From Nemertoderma westbladi (lineage: Eukaryota > Animalia > Xenacoelomorpha): a stretch of DNA of 62,423 bases. Below the pieces are notes generated by a model that was given only the letters and a program-made list of their open reading frames with translations, was not told the origin of the DNA and made no database searches. The stretch covers positions 1-62,423 of the forward strand of contig JAUCBJ010000041.1 of assembly GCA_032718475.1 (NCBI GenBank). The letters are read 5' to 3'. Below are positions 26,501 to 38,600 of the stretch, one piece after another; within the stretch, counting starts at the first letter, position 1; each line of letters starts with the position of its first letter. Both the position numbers and the translations under genes were made by a program.

Positions 26501-27531
26501 CCAGGGATGGCAAAAACCATGGTTTTTTTAAAAAAAATTTTTGGTTTTGGTTTTATTGTTTGGTTTTTTATGGTTTTTTTCGGTTTTTTATGGTTTTTTA
26601 TGGTTTTTCTGTGGTTTAATTAAATACAATACAGCAATAGGCCCTACATACAAATGTAGGACCTACCTACAATAGTCTGACAGTACAACCCTTGCGCTTG
26701 CCCAATAGAACAAAATACTGGCTGACTGGAATAACCAGATAACTGAATAAGGCCACATACAGTATGCTGGTGAGGCAGTAAGCGTTTCTTCTGCTGTTCT
26801 GTTCTGTCCTTACTCTCATCCAACCCATCCACCATCAGCCCTTGTCAGCATGTCTGCATGTGACAAAATACTAACAACATACAACGTAAAAATACATACC
26901 AACGTCCAGACTGCCAGACGTCTGCACTGCTCCACTCTGCACTCCCACTGCACGCCAGGCTGCAAACCACCACTGAACCGCGCACAACGCCTGCGCACAA
27001 TTTTTCAGCCGCGCAATATTGGACAATATACCGCGCATGCACCAAAAAAACGCGCACACCACATTTTAACAATGTAACGACAGAACGAGAAACATACGCC
27101 AGCGAAGCGAGCAAAACCTTTTCATTAACATTGCAAAATGAACAGATGAAAAAGAAACGCGAGCAAAACTCAAAGTGAGAGAAATTTGTTCATTCTAACA
27201 GATGAACAGTGCAAAATGTTAAGATAAAGAAACGCGAACAAAACTCAAAGTGAGCGAAATTTTTTCCTTCTAACAGTGCAAAATGTAAAAGAAACAAGAG
27301 CAAAACTCAAAGTGAGCGAAATTTTTTCATTCTAACAGTGCAAAATGAAAAAGAAACTGACTACCAGTCGGGCAGTCGGGTGCAGTCTGCTTTATATTAT
27401 TTACAGCGTTAATTGTAAAATTTTATGAAAAACCATAAAAAACCAATTTTTTCGCCTTTTTTTAAAAGTTGGTTAAACCAAAAAACCATAAAAAACCAAT
27501 GGTGAGAAAAACCATTGGTTGCCAACCCTGG
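26501..27531. mobile_element. Non-autonomous TIR DNA transposon (hAT-like termini)
   Basis: TIRs CCAGGGATGGCAA / TTGCCAACCCTGG, subterminal TGGTTTTT / AAAAACCA arrays, flanking direct repeat CAGTG. Confidence 0.75.
27110..27357. repeat. Short tandem repeat of ~60-70 bp units inside the TIR element
   Basis: CAAAACTCAAAGTGAG..AAATTT..TTCTAACAG..GCAAAATG recurs three to four times. Confidence 0.7.
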
Positions 27532-28042
27532 CAGTGCTGCAGTGCCGACTTCTCTGCTTCTTGCATCTTGTCCAGCTTGCCGCTATCTCCTGTCAGTCAG
27601 GGAAAACATCCCCGTCAGCCCGTGGGGATATGTCAAATTTAGGCTTAATTTCTCAACCTATAGGATAGATGACATATCCCCACCAGGATAGATGGCACAT
27701 TTTTCCGGTTTGCGCAAAAATTGGTTGGATGGCTATGTATTTCTTCGGTATTACAATGATCAATAGGCTACAAAAATTGTAAAATTTCACGCCCTTGTCA
27801 TTGGCAAGATTTATAAGAAGATTATAGGGGTTTTAAATTCACATTGATTTCTATCAATGTGAATCAAACTGTAAGTCAACAAGAACAGAAGATGGAAGAG
27901 TTACACCTGTCCGCTGTCCACCTCAGCACTGGTACCGGTACAAATACTGAAATAGGCTACCGGCAACCGGTACCGTCTGACCGTACTTCATGATTTAATG
28001 ATTTCAAATGATAGAACTGTAGTAGGCCTAGAGGGCTATTGA

Positions 28043-28668
28043 GGTACGTACTAAAAGGTAGAACGATCTATAACGGGCTATAGCGGGCTATAACTTCCTA
28101 TAACAAGCTATAACCACCTATAACGAGCTATAATCTGAAAATTTACAATAAAAAAACACATTTTAGAATGATTTATTTTATTAGTCAGTAATTTAATTAC
28201 GAGATTTGGTTTTTTAGTCCATAATGATTTTCATCTTTGTGGTATCACAAAATCAGTCATTACTGTATTAGTCAGCATGCCACATACTGCATTATCTGAC
28301 TATCAGACAGTGCAGCAGTGGAGAGGTCTCCCATCTCTCTGTCTATCCTCCATCCTGCTATCCGCTATCAGCTTCTGGTCGATATAAAATACAGGAATAG
28401 TGATGAGCAATGTAGGCCAATAAAAAAACTTACCAGTATCAATTAGGCATAGGCAGATAGGCCTACCCTAATTTTTAACATGCGGTATTTTTCAAACCAC
28501 CTGTGTTAATCCAAAAGTTAAACACACCCAAGGGGCGTTTTTTTAATGTACATTTTCATATTATAGCTCGTTCTAGGTGGCTTTTTTATAGGAAGTTATA
28601 GCCCGTTATAGATCATTATAGATCGTTATAGCACGTTATAGATAGTTCTGCCTTTTAGTACGCACCGC
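28043..28668. mobile_element. MITE with long imperfect TIRs, Mutator-like
   Basis: GGTACGTACTAAAAGGTAGAAC / GTTCTGCCTTTTAGTACGCACC, internal CTATAAC / GTTATAG subrepeats, 9-bp direct repeat GGCTATTGA at 28034-28042 and 28669-28677. Confidence 0.8.
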
Positions 28669-29165
28669 GGCTATTGAAGCTATTGCTTATTTATTTATTT
28701 ATTTAAGACACTCCGTTTAATTTTAAACAATAAAATATAAACAGGGGGAACACCACCTAGGTACAAATGCCTAATTAGAAGTTATAATTAGATATATAAA
28801 ATTACATTTACAGGTGGATAAAATACACATTTAAGTAGAAAGGCAAACAAAGGCAACAGATAGAGGGATAAACGCTAAAGTACAAACAACAACAATAAAA
28901 CTACAAAAATGACGAACGAAATAAAACCAAGTAAACAGAGGATTATACCATCAAGTAAAAAAAAAACATAATTTGCTTCGAAAGCCATTGATCCTTTTTA
29001 TAAAATGATAAAATACCAAATTAAGTATTAAAAACTATTTGTTAGATTAAATATAAATAAAAACAAATAAAAAATAAATGTGGTTAATTTAAAAATCTGT
29101 TAAAATGACAATAATGGCAATAATAGATCAACATCTCTCAGTACAAATATTTACATATCGACATT

Positions 29166-30358
29166 TGTAAAAGCTTTTGCTGAATTGTCCGGTTACTTTT
29201 CCTTATTTTTCCCGTAAAATACTCTGTAGTTGGTTTAACAGGCATAAAAAGGCCGTGTCCTTGCTGTACTGGTGTTTTAGCGGACATAAAAGCTATTTCT
29301 TCTGTATTTGTACTTTAGAGGACATAATCCGTAATTCCGTGACGTAAAAGCTCGATACTCTTGAAAACAGCGTCGCTACCATGACGACGGCTAGCAGCTG
29401 ATATTGCCACGTCGACGTTTCTTTGTTTCTTTGTTCTCTCGTTGTTCAGGTTGACCAATCAGAGCGTTTGTTGTCTCTGTGTTGGAGGTATATACAGAAA
29501 CTCAGTAGTTCAGTGTTATGTTTTTGCCCAGAGCCTAAGAACCGGCTTTTGGCACCTCCGTGTTTCAGTTTTTAGTCTTACACTAGTAGGTTTAATTATA
29601 AGGACATATATCCTTTAACTGCTAACTGATCATACATACTGACTGCTGAAACATTGCAAACTCATAACAATCAGTGTTTTCATTGTTGTTTTATACTGCT
29701 ATTTACTGTCAGTTCTTCATAATATGGTTGATGAATTATTATATTTGGAATAACGATAAATAACCCCGAAACCCAATATTCTTGATATACCGAAGGTAAG
29801 AGAGAAAGGTTACCAATAACGATTGTGACTTATGTTAAAGTGGTTTGAAGTGAATCTAATGTTATTTGATAGACCCTACATGAGTCAGTCTGTGTTCCTT
29901 TTATATGTGACTAAAATCAGTGAAGATTGGCAGATTAGTGTGCAGTATTGTGCAGCATTGTGTATGAGCGAGTCTGTTAAAGAAGCAATTCCTAAAGAAT
30001 GCGCCATATATGTGAATTATAATTGAGCCATATCGTTGTGAGTAGTTTAAGTCATAACTCTGTTTATATAGATAAAGCGCCACGTCCTAAAGGAACTGTT
30101 AATATTCCCGAAGGTGAATAATATTGTCAGAGATTATATAATACTGTCAGTCGAATAATACATTAGGCTTACATAGCAATAAAATTAAACCGTCGAACCC
30201 AATCTCCCGGGAATATCCAGCGGGTGAATGATCGCGCACAGATTGGTTTCGACTAGTGTAGTGAATCAAATACTTGTCATAGACTAAAAACCGATTTAAT
30301 ATCTAGAAGACATCTTAATTTGGTGGGTTAAACTGCCAAAGGTCTGAAAGCGCGAACA
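29166..30358 (+). repeat. 5' LTR (1193 bp)
   Basis: Begins TGTAAAAGC, ends GCGCGAACA; repeated at 49946-51120 and 52813-53859; AATAAA near 30178. Confidence 0.96.
29455..29515 (+). promoter_or_regulatory. Putative LTR promoter: CCAAT, TATA-like TATATA and TCAGT initiators
   Basis: CCAATC 29455, GTATATAC 29487, TCAGT at 29502 and 29510; conserved in the diverged LTR (about 5399-5459). Confidence 0.5.
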
Positions 30359-30370
30359 TTAAAGGATATA
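30359..30370 (+). promoter_or_regulatory. Non-tRNA primer-binding site candidate TTAAAGGATATA
   Basis: Abuts the 5' LTR, lacks TGG, and is the exact reverse complement of LTR positions 29607-29618. Confidence 0.6.
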
Positions 30371-30643
30371 GCTTCTGTATTGCAGTGGGCAGTAGAGCTG
30401 AAGTACCGGCAACCGGTGCCCGGTAGGCCTGACTACCTAACCACCCGGACCGGTACCTGCAGCAGTACAGGTACAGCAGTATTATTCGATTTTGATAATT
30501 ATATACCGGTAGGCCTTAATAATTAATCAGGGAGGGCCCGCCCTGGTTTTTTATTGAGATTTTTACTTATTTCTGTCAAGTTTTATTTGTTTGTAGGCCA
30601 GTATTGAACAGAAGGCGTGTAAGCCTGATCAGATTGTACAGAC

Positions 30644-31135
30644 AATTTGTAGGCTGAGCTGTTGTCTGATTGCTGTTAAGTCTGAACGGATTGCAGTGTG
30701 TGTAGATCATCTGTCCGATTAAGTACGGTTAGGAAGTAGGGGCAGCGAACGCTGTAAGGTAAACCCCCAACTAAAGAATAAGTCGCACTACTGGGTTAGA
30801 GCGCATACTCCCTAATCATTTCGGAGTCTGCATGTCCTGTAGTTTATTTAGGCTTGAGAGTAGTCTGCCATCGTTTAGTCTGTACTTGGTTTGTGTAAGT
30901 CTGTACGGGTAGCGTATAATTTTATTTAGATAATTTGTAGGCTGGATAGTTGTCTGGCTGTTATTAGGCCTGAGCGGATTGCAGCGTGTGTAGATCACTT
31001 GTCTGATTAAGTACGGTTAGGAAGTAGGGGCAGCGAACGCTGTAAGGTAAACCCCCAACTAAAGAATAAGTCGCACTACTGGGTTAGAGCGCATACTCCC
31101 TAATCATTTCGGAGTCTGCATATACCGTAGTTTGT
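30644..31135 (+). repeat. 288-bp tandem duplication in the 5' UTR; the second unit is split by the LINE and resumes at 34306-34390
   Basis: AAGTACGGTTAGGAAGTAGGGG at 30721 and 31009; TTTAGGCTTGA.AGTAGTCTG continues after the LINE tail. Confidence 0.85.
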
Positions 31136-34100
31136 ATTCTGTAAATTCTACAATTATCTAAGTTTAAACTCGCAACGATAACTCCATTAATTCTGTTTCT
31201 ATCATGGTAGTAATACGTCGTGACTTGGTTTTCTTCATACCAGTAGTCGCGGCGTTGCTCCTACTGGTCAATGCACTCGTATTTCCAGTGTCTGAAATAA
31301 TGGCGGAGAAACAAACTCAACGACGGCGAGGATGTGCTGATAAGGAATATTCCCTAAGATGCATGTATCAGAATGTGCGCTCGCTGAATGAGAATAAAGT
31401 GTATGCTGTCAAAGAGGACATAATAGCTAGAACGCTAGACTTAGTATTCATAGTCGAGCTATGGAACAACGTTGAGTTCTTGAATCTCGCCACTCCGGAG
31501 GATTACTATAATCGGCATTTGACGAGGAAAGATCGTACTGGAGGAGGGGTGGCCGTTATAGCGCACAACTCGGTGAAACTGCGAAAAATACCCATCCCGG
31601 CTAATGAACAGTTTGAATCCTTGCTTCTAGCAACCGACAAAGACTTGTTCATGGTCGTTCATCGCCTCCCAAATAGTAAAAGGTATCCAACTTCAATTGT
31701 CGAGTATAAGAAAATTATTGATAGTACATTGGAAGACATGTCGTTAAAGTTCGACACAATTACTATTTTTGGCGATGCGAATTTATGGTTAGAATCTGAC
31801 AAGTCGTTCCAATACCTATTGGAGACACACGGTTTCGATTTCAAGAAGACGGGTCCAACGCATAAGGACGGTCATACTCTAGATTTTGTAGCTAGCCTGG
31901 GCTATAAAATCGCTGATGTTGATCTGGATCCTATAGACGAAGTGTTTAGTGATCATGCCAGTATGCGATGGATATCGAATCTGTCCAGAAATGTCTCTAA
32001 ATCTTATGAGGAACGGAGAAGTTTTCGAGCCTGGAAAAACTTTGATAAGGATAAATTTATAACGGAGCTGAAAGTTAATGGATTGGATAAGAGTAGTGGA
32101 GATTTAACATGCAAAGGGTTTGAGGCGTGGGTAAAGAACCTGAGGAATTTGTTTGAACGACATGTTCCCATGAAAGAGAAGATTGTAAAGATCAACACTA
32201 AACACTCGAAAATCAGGGAGGAAGATAGGGAGGGGATCCAGACTAAACGGAAGGAGAAGAGACGGTGTGAACTTGCGTTTCACAAAGAACGGACTGAGCA
32301 GAACAAAGTTAATTTAAATATAGCAAAGTCGGACCTAGCGAAATTGCTTCGCGATTCTACAAGGGCGTTTTACTGCGATTATATTAATACCAATTCGACT
32401 AACTCAAAACTTCTGTGGAAACAGTTCAAAAGGTTATTGGGAAAGGGAGGAAACCTTGTTTTACCGACTAAGCATGGCAATAGTGCTGAGTTGGCAACAA
32501 AGTTCTCACATTTTTTCACTGAAAAAATTAACACTATTATGTTGACATTCAATACGAGCAGTCGATGTAATAATCTCCCAAAATTGTATAAAACAGACTT
32601 TTGTGAATTTCAGCCTTTTCAAGAGGAGGACTTAGCTCAACTCATAAGGAAGATGTCAAATGCAACTTGCGAGCTGGACTGTATGCCAACGCCTTTATTT
32701 AAATCTGTAATTCCCATTGTTATTCAGCCCTTAACGATGTATATAAACATGGTTTTAGCAGATGCGGAATTCCCAGCCTTTCTTAAACTGTCTATCGTAA
32801 GACCTCTCTTAAAGAAACCGGAGTTGGATGCTGAGATATTAAAAAATTATCGACCAGTGTCAAACCTTAGTTTCTTATCTAAGGTAGTTGAGAAAGTAAT
32901 ACTTTATAGAGCTACACCACAGCTAGCTTTTCACCAGACACAGTCTGGTTACAGACGGCACCATTCCACTGAAACTGCTAATCTATTTCTTCTAAATAAA
33001 TTTCTTAAGGGAATAGAAAATCAACAAGTTACTTTGTGCTCCTATATTGATTTGAGTGCGGCGTTCGACACTGTCCATCACAAAAACCTTATATTTAAGC
33101 TCAGTAAAGAATTTGGGTTCAATGGTGCTGCACTTAATCTCTTTGAGTCCTATTTAGCTGACAGACATCAATGCGTGAAAATTGATGAGAGTACATCTGA
33201 TAAAACATTGCTTCAAACCGGCGTGCCTCAGGGCAGTATCCTTGGGCCAGCACTTTATAATGCGTATATGACTGACCTGTTCTGGCGTGTGGATGCATTA
33301 GGAGTGAAAGGTGCTAACTATGCTGATGACACACAATTCTTTGTGACTGGATATGCTGATGATATAGAGACCCTGAAGACTCGTATCACTGCTGTGCTAC
33401 ATATTGTTGCTGATTGGATGGACGTTAATCACCTACAAATTAACCCAGATAAAACTGAACTGATTGTATATGGCACCAAACAACAAAGAATGAAGATACC
33501 TCTGAATGCTAGAACAATTGTATACAGAAACGTTAAGATAGATTTCTCTGATAAGGTTAAATCTCTCGGAGTTGTGTTTGATAGTGAATTGAAATTTAAA
33601 GATCAGATAGTAGCAACAGCAGCGAAATCGAAATATTATATCCGGTCTTTGTATAAAATTCGGCCTTACCTTACAACTTCAGCTCTAGAAACCCTAGTCC
33701 ACGCATTCATAACCAGCAGAATCGACTATTCAAACGCTGTCCTTAAAACATCCGCTAAATCAGTAGTTAAACATCTACAAATGATACAAAACAGTGCTGC
33801 AAGATTGGTTACTCATTCTCCGCGATATCGTGTTATCAATGGACAATACAAGTACACCTCGGCAACGGCAATGCTGAAATCCCTTCACTGGCTGCCCATT
33901 GAATCACGGATTAATTATAAGCTTGCTTGTATCACATTTAAATGTCTGTCTGGGACTGCCCCGACTTATTTGCGCAATGAAATATCTATCCTTGAGGATA
34001 CCCGTACGTTGCGATCCAGCAATCTCTCAAAGCTTTCTGTCCCACTTGTGAAAAACACCCTAGCATCGAAGAGCTTCTACTCGTTTGCCCCTCGTTTGTG

Positions 34101-34305
34101 GAATAAACTACCGCCATCGACCCGATCAACTGAATCCATGATGACCTATGACTCATTTAGGCGCGAACTGAAAACCCTTTTGTTTACCGGTAATTGTAAA
34201 TTAGATTAGTGCGGCAGCTGCAGGCGCCCTGATAAGAGTGTAAATACTCCCTAAGGGCGCCTGCAACACCAAATACAAATTTCATTTATTATTTATTATT
34301 TATTA
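31136..34305 (+). mobile_element. L2/CR1-group non-LTR retrotransposon inserted in the BEL 5' UTR
   Basis: APE-RT ORF, 3' stem-loop (TGCAGGCGCCCT 34219-34230 / AGGGCGCCTGCA 34254-34265), (ATTTATT)n tail, at most a 3-bp TGT duplication. Confidence 0.92.
31204..34209 (+). CDS. APE endonuclease-reverse transcriptase (LINE ORF2), intact, 1001 aa
   Basis: YQNVRSL, GGGVAV, GDAN, PTHKDGHTLD, SDH (APE); YRPVSNLSFLSK, DLSAAFDTV, GVPQGSILGP, YADD (RT); LHWLP C-terminal block typical of L2/Crack. Confidence 0.95.
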   Translation: MVVIRRDLVFFIPVVAALLLLVNALVFPVSEIMAEKQTQRRRGCADKEYSLRCMYQNVRSLNENKVYAVKEDIIARTLDLVFIVELWNNVEFLNLATPEDYYNRHLTRKDRTGGGVAVIAHNSVKLRKIPIPANEQFESLLLATDKDLFMVVHRLPNSKRYPTSIVEYKKIIDSTLEDMSLKFDTITIFGDANLWLESDKSFQYLLETHGFDFKKTGPTHKDGHTLDFVASLGYKIADVDLDPIDEVFSDHASMRWISNLSRNVSKSYEERRSFRAWKNFDKDKFITELKVNGLDKSSGDLTCKGFEAWVKNLRNLFERHVPMKEKIVKINTKHSKIREEDREGIQTKRKEKRRCELAFHKERTEQNKVNLNIAKSDLAKLLRDSTRAFYCDYINTNSTNSKLLWKQFKRLLGKGGNLVLPTKHGNSAELATKFSHFFTEKINTIMLTFNTSSRCNNLPKLYKTDFCEFQPFQEEDLAQLIRKMSNATCELDCMPTPLFKSVIPIVIQPLTMYINMVLADAEFPAFLKLSIVRPLLKKPELDAEILKNYRPVSNLSFLSKVVEKVILYRATPQLAFHQTQSGYRRHHSTETANLFLLNKFLKGIENQQVTLCSYIDLSAAFDTVHHKNLIFKLSKEFGFNGAALNLFESYLADRHQCVKIDESTSDKTLLQTGVPQGSILGPALYNAYMTDLFWRVDALGVKGANYADDTQFFVTGYADDIETLKTRITAVLHIVADWMDVNHLQINPDKTELIVYGTKQQRMKIPLNARTIVYRNVKIDFSDKVKSLGVVFDSELKFKDQIVATAAKSKYYIRSLYKIRPYLTTSALETLVHAFITSRIDYSNAVLKTSAKSVVKHLQMIQNSAARLVTHSPRYRVINGQYKYTSATAMLKSLHWLPIESRINYKLACITFKCLSGTAPTYLRNEISILEDTRTLRSSNLSKLSVPLVKNTLASKSFYSFAPRLWNKLPPSTRSTESMMTYDSFRRELKTLLFTGNCKLD

Positions 34306-35672
34306 TGTTTAGGCTTGATAGTAGTCTGTCAGTGTTTGGTCTGTATTTTGTTTGAGTAGTTTGTACGCGTAGCGTAATATTTATTATTCAGAGTTTATGC
34401 GATTATCCGCAACATTCATTCCCCAAGTTTGTTCCTACAGTAATTGTGTTTGTTATACATACCGCTATAGTTAAATTAACCCCGGTACTACACGGGCTGC
34501 TCGGCATAGGTAAAGACTGGTGATTTTGTGCATCGGTCACTCCAGCAGATGCCGTGGTTCTTTTAGCTGTTCAAGTATATTTAACTACTGATTATCTGTT
34601 GTACAAGTACTCGTACCTAATTTAGGGTTTAGTGTACAGTACTTTCCGAAGTAATTAGTGTAGGCATTATATTTGTGTTGTAAAGTGGTTGATAGGCACA
34701 TTCGATTAGCTCTATTAACTTCTAGGTAGGAACACTCCGTGATACATAACGTAGAACCTATAGCGATACGGCTATAGGTCGTCAGGCGGTGGTATTTTCC
34801 TATCTAGACAACGCAGTGTATTTACTACTACTTATTATTTCAAATACCGTAGTACCCTGTCCGTTGTAATAACCAGATTTCTAACCCTTTGTTAGGCTGG
34901 TTAGTAGACTTCTTGTAAAATTACCCTAAAAATTCGTATTTTGTGTTTTTTGTAAATTTTTGTGTTTATTTAGAGATTGTAATCTCACCCGAATTGTACG
35001 TAATTTGTAGTATTAAGTAACTTAGGTAAATTAGAATTATTTGTTTTAGTGTCCTATAGGTAACACTTCACTGAAAGCGCACCGCTTTGTGTAGTGATTA
35101 CTCCCCAGAAATAATAACATTTATTTCAAACATTGACAAAACCCATTAAAACGGGTATATATATATTATAAATCAACTCAAACGATTTATAAATAGTAGG
35201 CCTGCCATATAACAATTAGGTCTTAATATCAGTTGGACTACTGCTTAAATCACGGTAATACGGTAAGTTAAAGTAACCAAGTAACCCTTAAAATTCAGAA
35301 ATTCAATTATTTAAAATAATTGATATACCGGTACTTACGATAGGCCTATTATCTTTATTTCAATAAATTTAGGCTGAAATTATACCGGTACTTGTAATTA
35401 ATTCTAGTCCAGAATTATATATACTACAAACTGTAAGCTGTATACCGGTATTCCCGATAGGCCTATTATATATTTATATATATTTGTGCTAAAATTATAC
35501 CGGTATTCGGTTATATACTATAAGCATACCGGTATTCTAATATATTATATATATATCACGCTACACTGAGTAGCAGTACCGGTAATTAATTACTAGGCTA
35601 GCAGTCAATACTGAGTTACTAGACTTGCTCAGACTGTAATACAGCAGTAGACATTCAACGGTATACATAGTC

Positions 35673-38600
35673 ATGTCTGATACTAAGCAGAACCTGTCAG
35701 ACAGTATATTAGATGTAACTATCTGCGACTCAGATAGAGATGTACAACCGTCTGGTCGTAAATCCAGTTCACCTCCCACTGTGAGGAAGGTCATCCCTCC
35801 AGTAGTAATAACAGAACCTAGGCTAGTCCAACATCGTAGGTCTATCATAGGCACCCGAGCTCAGGTCAAGCGGGACCAAGAAGCAGCGGAACAGCAACAA
35901 CCCGCGAGTCAAGAGCTTGTTACTCAGCGGCCCAGCAGCTCCAGTAGTGAAGATACTGTAGAGCTGACACCCGAGCGCGGAGCAGAGATGACGGATGCTG
36001 TTTATACGGATCCCCTTCTCATCCTTCCTGCAGCCGTACTCGTTAGGTTATTGATCGCGGTGGAAGAACACCAGATCGATTGGGCGAGAAGTCAACGACC
36101 AACTAGAGATAGTTATGCGGGATACACGAGGGAAGAATTGAAGTCTATTGTCGAGTCGCAATGGAACTTCCCCGGACCCGGACTCCCGTTTGATTTATCA
36201 GAAGCTGCCTGGGAAGACATGCACCGGATGGGAGTAGCCAAGGAAACCATCGATCCAGCTGTATGGAAGAGGTCCGCAGCCGGATACGCACAGGGATTCT
36301 TCAGCTCTATGGAGCGAGTAGAAAGACAACTATTTAAACAACCTCAAGGACCTCAAGAGCAGGAACAGCTGCTTTATCAAGTTAGAGAAAGAGTGCTGCG
36401 AATTAGGCTAATCTTATCCGCCTTTGAGGAGGCTTCTAAAAGAAGACAAGACACGTCGTTGCAAGTTGCCGTAAAGACTTGGCTTCAAAAGGTGAGACGC
36501 CAGGTTCAAGGAGCAGCTCAGTGGAAAGCTCAGTTTGAGGAGCGCTCAACCCATGGAGAATCGACGGACGCTACTTTTTCCCAAGTGGAAAGTGAAGCGA
36601 CGGCAGAGAAACCGCATAAGAAGGATGCCATTGATATCTACCTGTCAGACTATCAGCGTTTTGTGGGAGATGAAGAGTTGAGGAGAAGGCTAGAGGGACT
36701 TAGCCCTAATAGCGAAGGAGCCAAACTTGTGTTAGATGCGATTGATGTGGATAGGTTAGCGGCGAACCAAGCTAAATTCGATGAACAACTCCGCATCGCT
36801 AGAGAAAAGGAAGAACAAGTAAGGAAAAAACGTATAGAAGATAGAAAGACAGCAGCAGCGGCAGTGGCAGCGGCAGAAGCGGAAAGAAAGGCGGCAGAGG
36901 CAGTGGCAGAGGCAAAAGCGGCAGCTGCAGCAATAAAAGCGGCAGCGGCAGAGGCAAAAGCGGCAGCAGCAGAAGCGGAAAGAAAGATAGCAGTGGCAGA
37001 AGCAGAACGGAGGGCATCTGAAGAGACAACCCAACTAGAGTTGGAAAATCTTCAAGACAGGCAAGATAACTTTAATAAACAGTTAACAGCTAGTAATATG
37101 CAGATGATGAATCGATCTACTCCCAAACGACAAGGTTATACATCATCTGAGGAAGGTAATACCACCGACACTGAAGGCGGAGGAAATCGATCCCGCCTAA
37201 GCAGACGTAAAAGAACATTCCACCGTCAGAAATTGCCTGATTTGCCTCCAGCTGTTAGAAGGCAACTAAATAACACCAACTTAGAGAGTACAGAACCCAC
37301 AGACCAAATAATTACAATAGAAAGACTCCCTACTATAGTAGATGAGCCTGAAATAAGTAGGCCTGTTCTTGAAATCACCCCTTCGGTAATAGATACACCT
37401 GTGCTCCCTGAAGCTACCTATAAATTCCCTCTGCATAGCACTAAGCTACCTGTGCCCCGTAGAACTGCCCAGGAGACAGTTCAGGTCCTGGACCCCGAGC
37501 GAAATATTCCAAATTTGTCGCCCGTTGTCCCTCGTCTGCCCGCTACGACGTTGGCGGATCCCGTTTCGGCGGTTGATTGGGTAGACGAGAGACGGCGGGG
37601 GATGGATATTCTCCTCGGAGAGATGGAGAATCGGATACGCTCCTCCCAATAGGTCCGAGAGTTGGAAGGGACTGTCCAACATTTAAAGGGAACAGTAAGG
37701 GAAAGTAAGTTAGAGTTGCAAGAAGTGCAGCAAAATATCGCGCTAGAGCGCGATAAATTAGTAAATTTACAAAAGGGTATACCACCACCCTCTGTAACAA
37801 TGTGTCAACCCGTTAGGTCTGAAGTATCTCATGCGCAAGGTGTGGAGCCTACACGCATTTATACTGCTAGCGAAGTAGAAACTCCTATAGTGAACCCTAT
37901 TAAGGGTAATTATAGACCTGTTGATAATGATATTCCCTATAGAACTGATCATAATCCGAGAAATTTATATACCGATAACTCGATATTAAATAGCACGATG
38001 GCCCAAGAAAGTTTTACGTGTCAAATGGCTAGAACCGAAGCCCGGCAAGCGGTAAAGGTTGGAGAGATCGTCAAGTTCAATGGAGATGAGATGAAATGGT
38101 TACCTTTTAATGAATATTACAAAGATAACATACAGAACTCTGTACTATCTAATGGAGAAAAACTTAGATACCTCATCGAGTGCTTGGAAGGATCTCCCAA
38201 GTTAATGGCGTTAAAGTTTATTGGACATCCAGACGGATTAAGACAAGTTTGGGATACACTAAACATCAGGTATGGTAATAGGAATAACATCGCTGGGTAC
38301 TTATATGCAAAGTTAGTAGCGCCCCGAAAGTTTATTAGTAGTGGAATTATCGAGTTTTCCGATGAGATCCAGGAGATCTGCAGACAATTAGATTGGCTAG
38401 GTAAGTCTCATGAGTATCAGAACACTATGGTTATTAGAGCAGTGGCTTCTACTTTACCGAAAGGTGGAGTAGGTACACGCTGGGATAAGAAAGTGTTATA
38501 TATGATGGAACAACAACGGCGAGACCCTACCATGGCTGATCTCATGTCATTCCTAGATGGAGAAGTGAAATTACAACTCCTCAAGCAGTCCAGAGAGAAA

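Noticed and set aside
29832-30083. Short ORFs repeated in each LTR (also 5796, 50621, 53333)
   Set aside because: Recurrence reflects LTR duplication; 60-68 aa with no motif.
31093-31103. ATACTCCCTAA shared by the LINE 3' UTR (34244-34254) and DNA ~30 bp upstream of its insertion site
   Set aside because: One 11-mer, not at the junction; cannot be separated from chance without more insertion sites.
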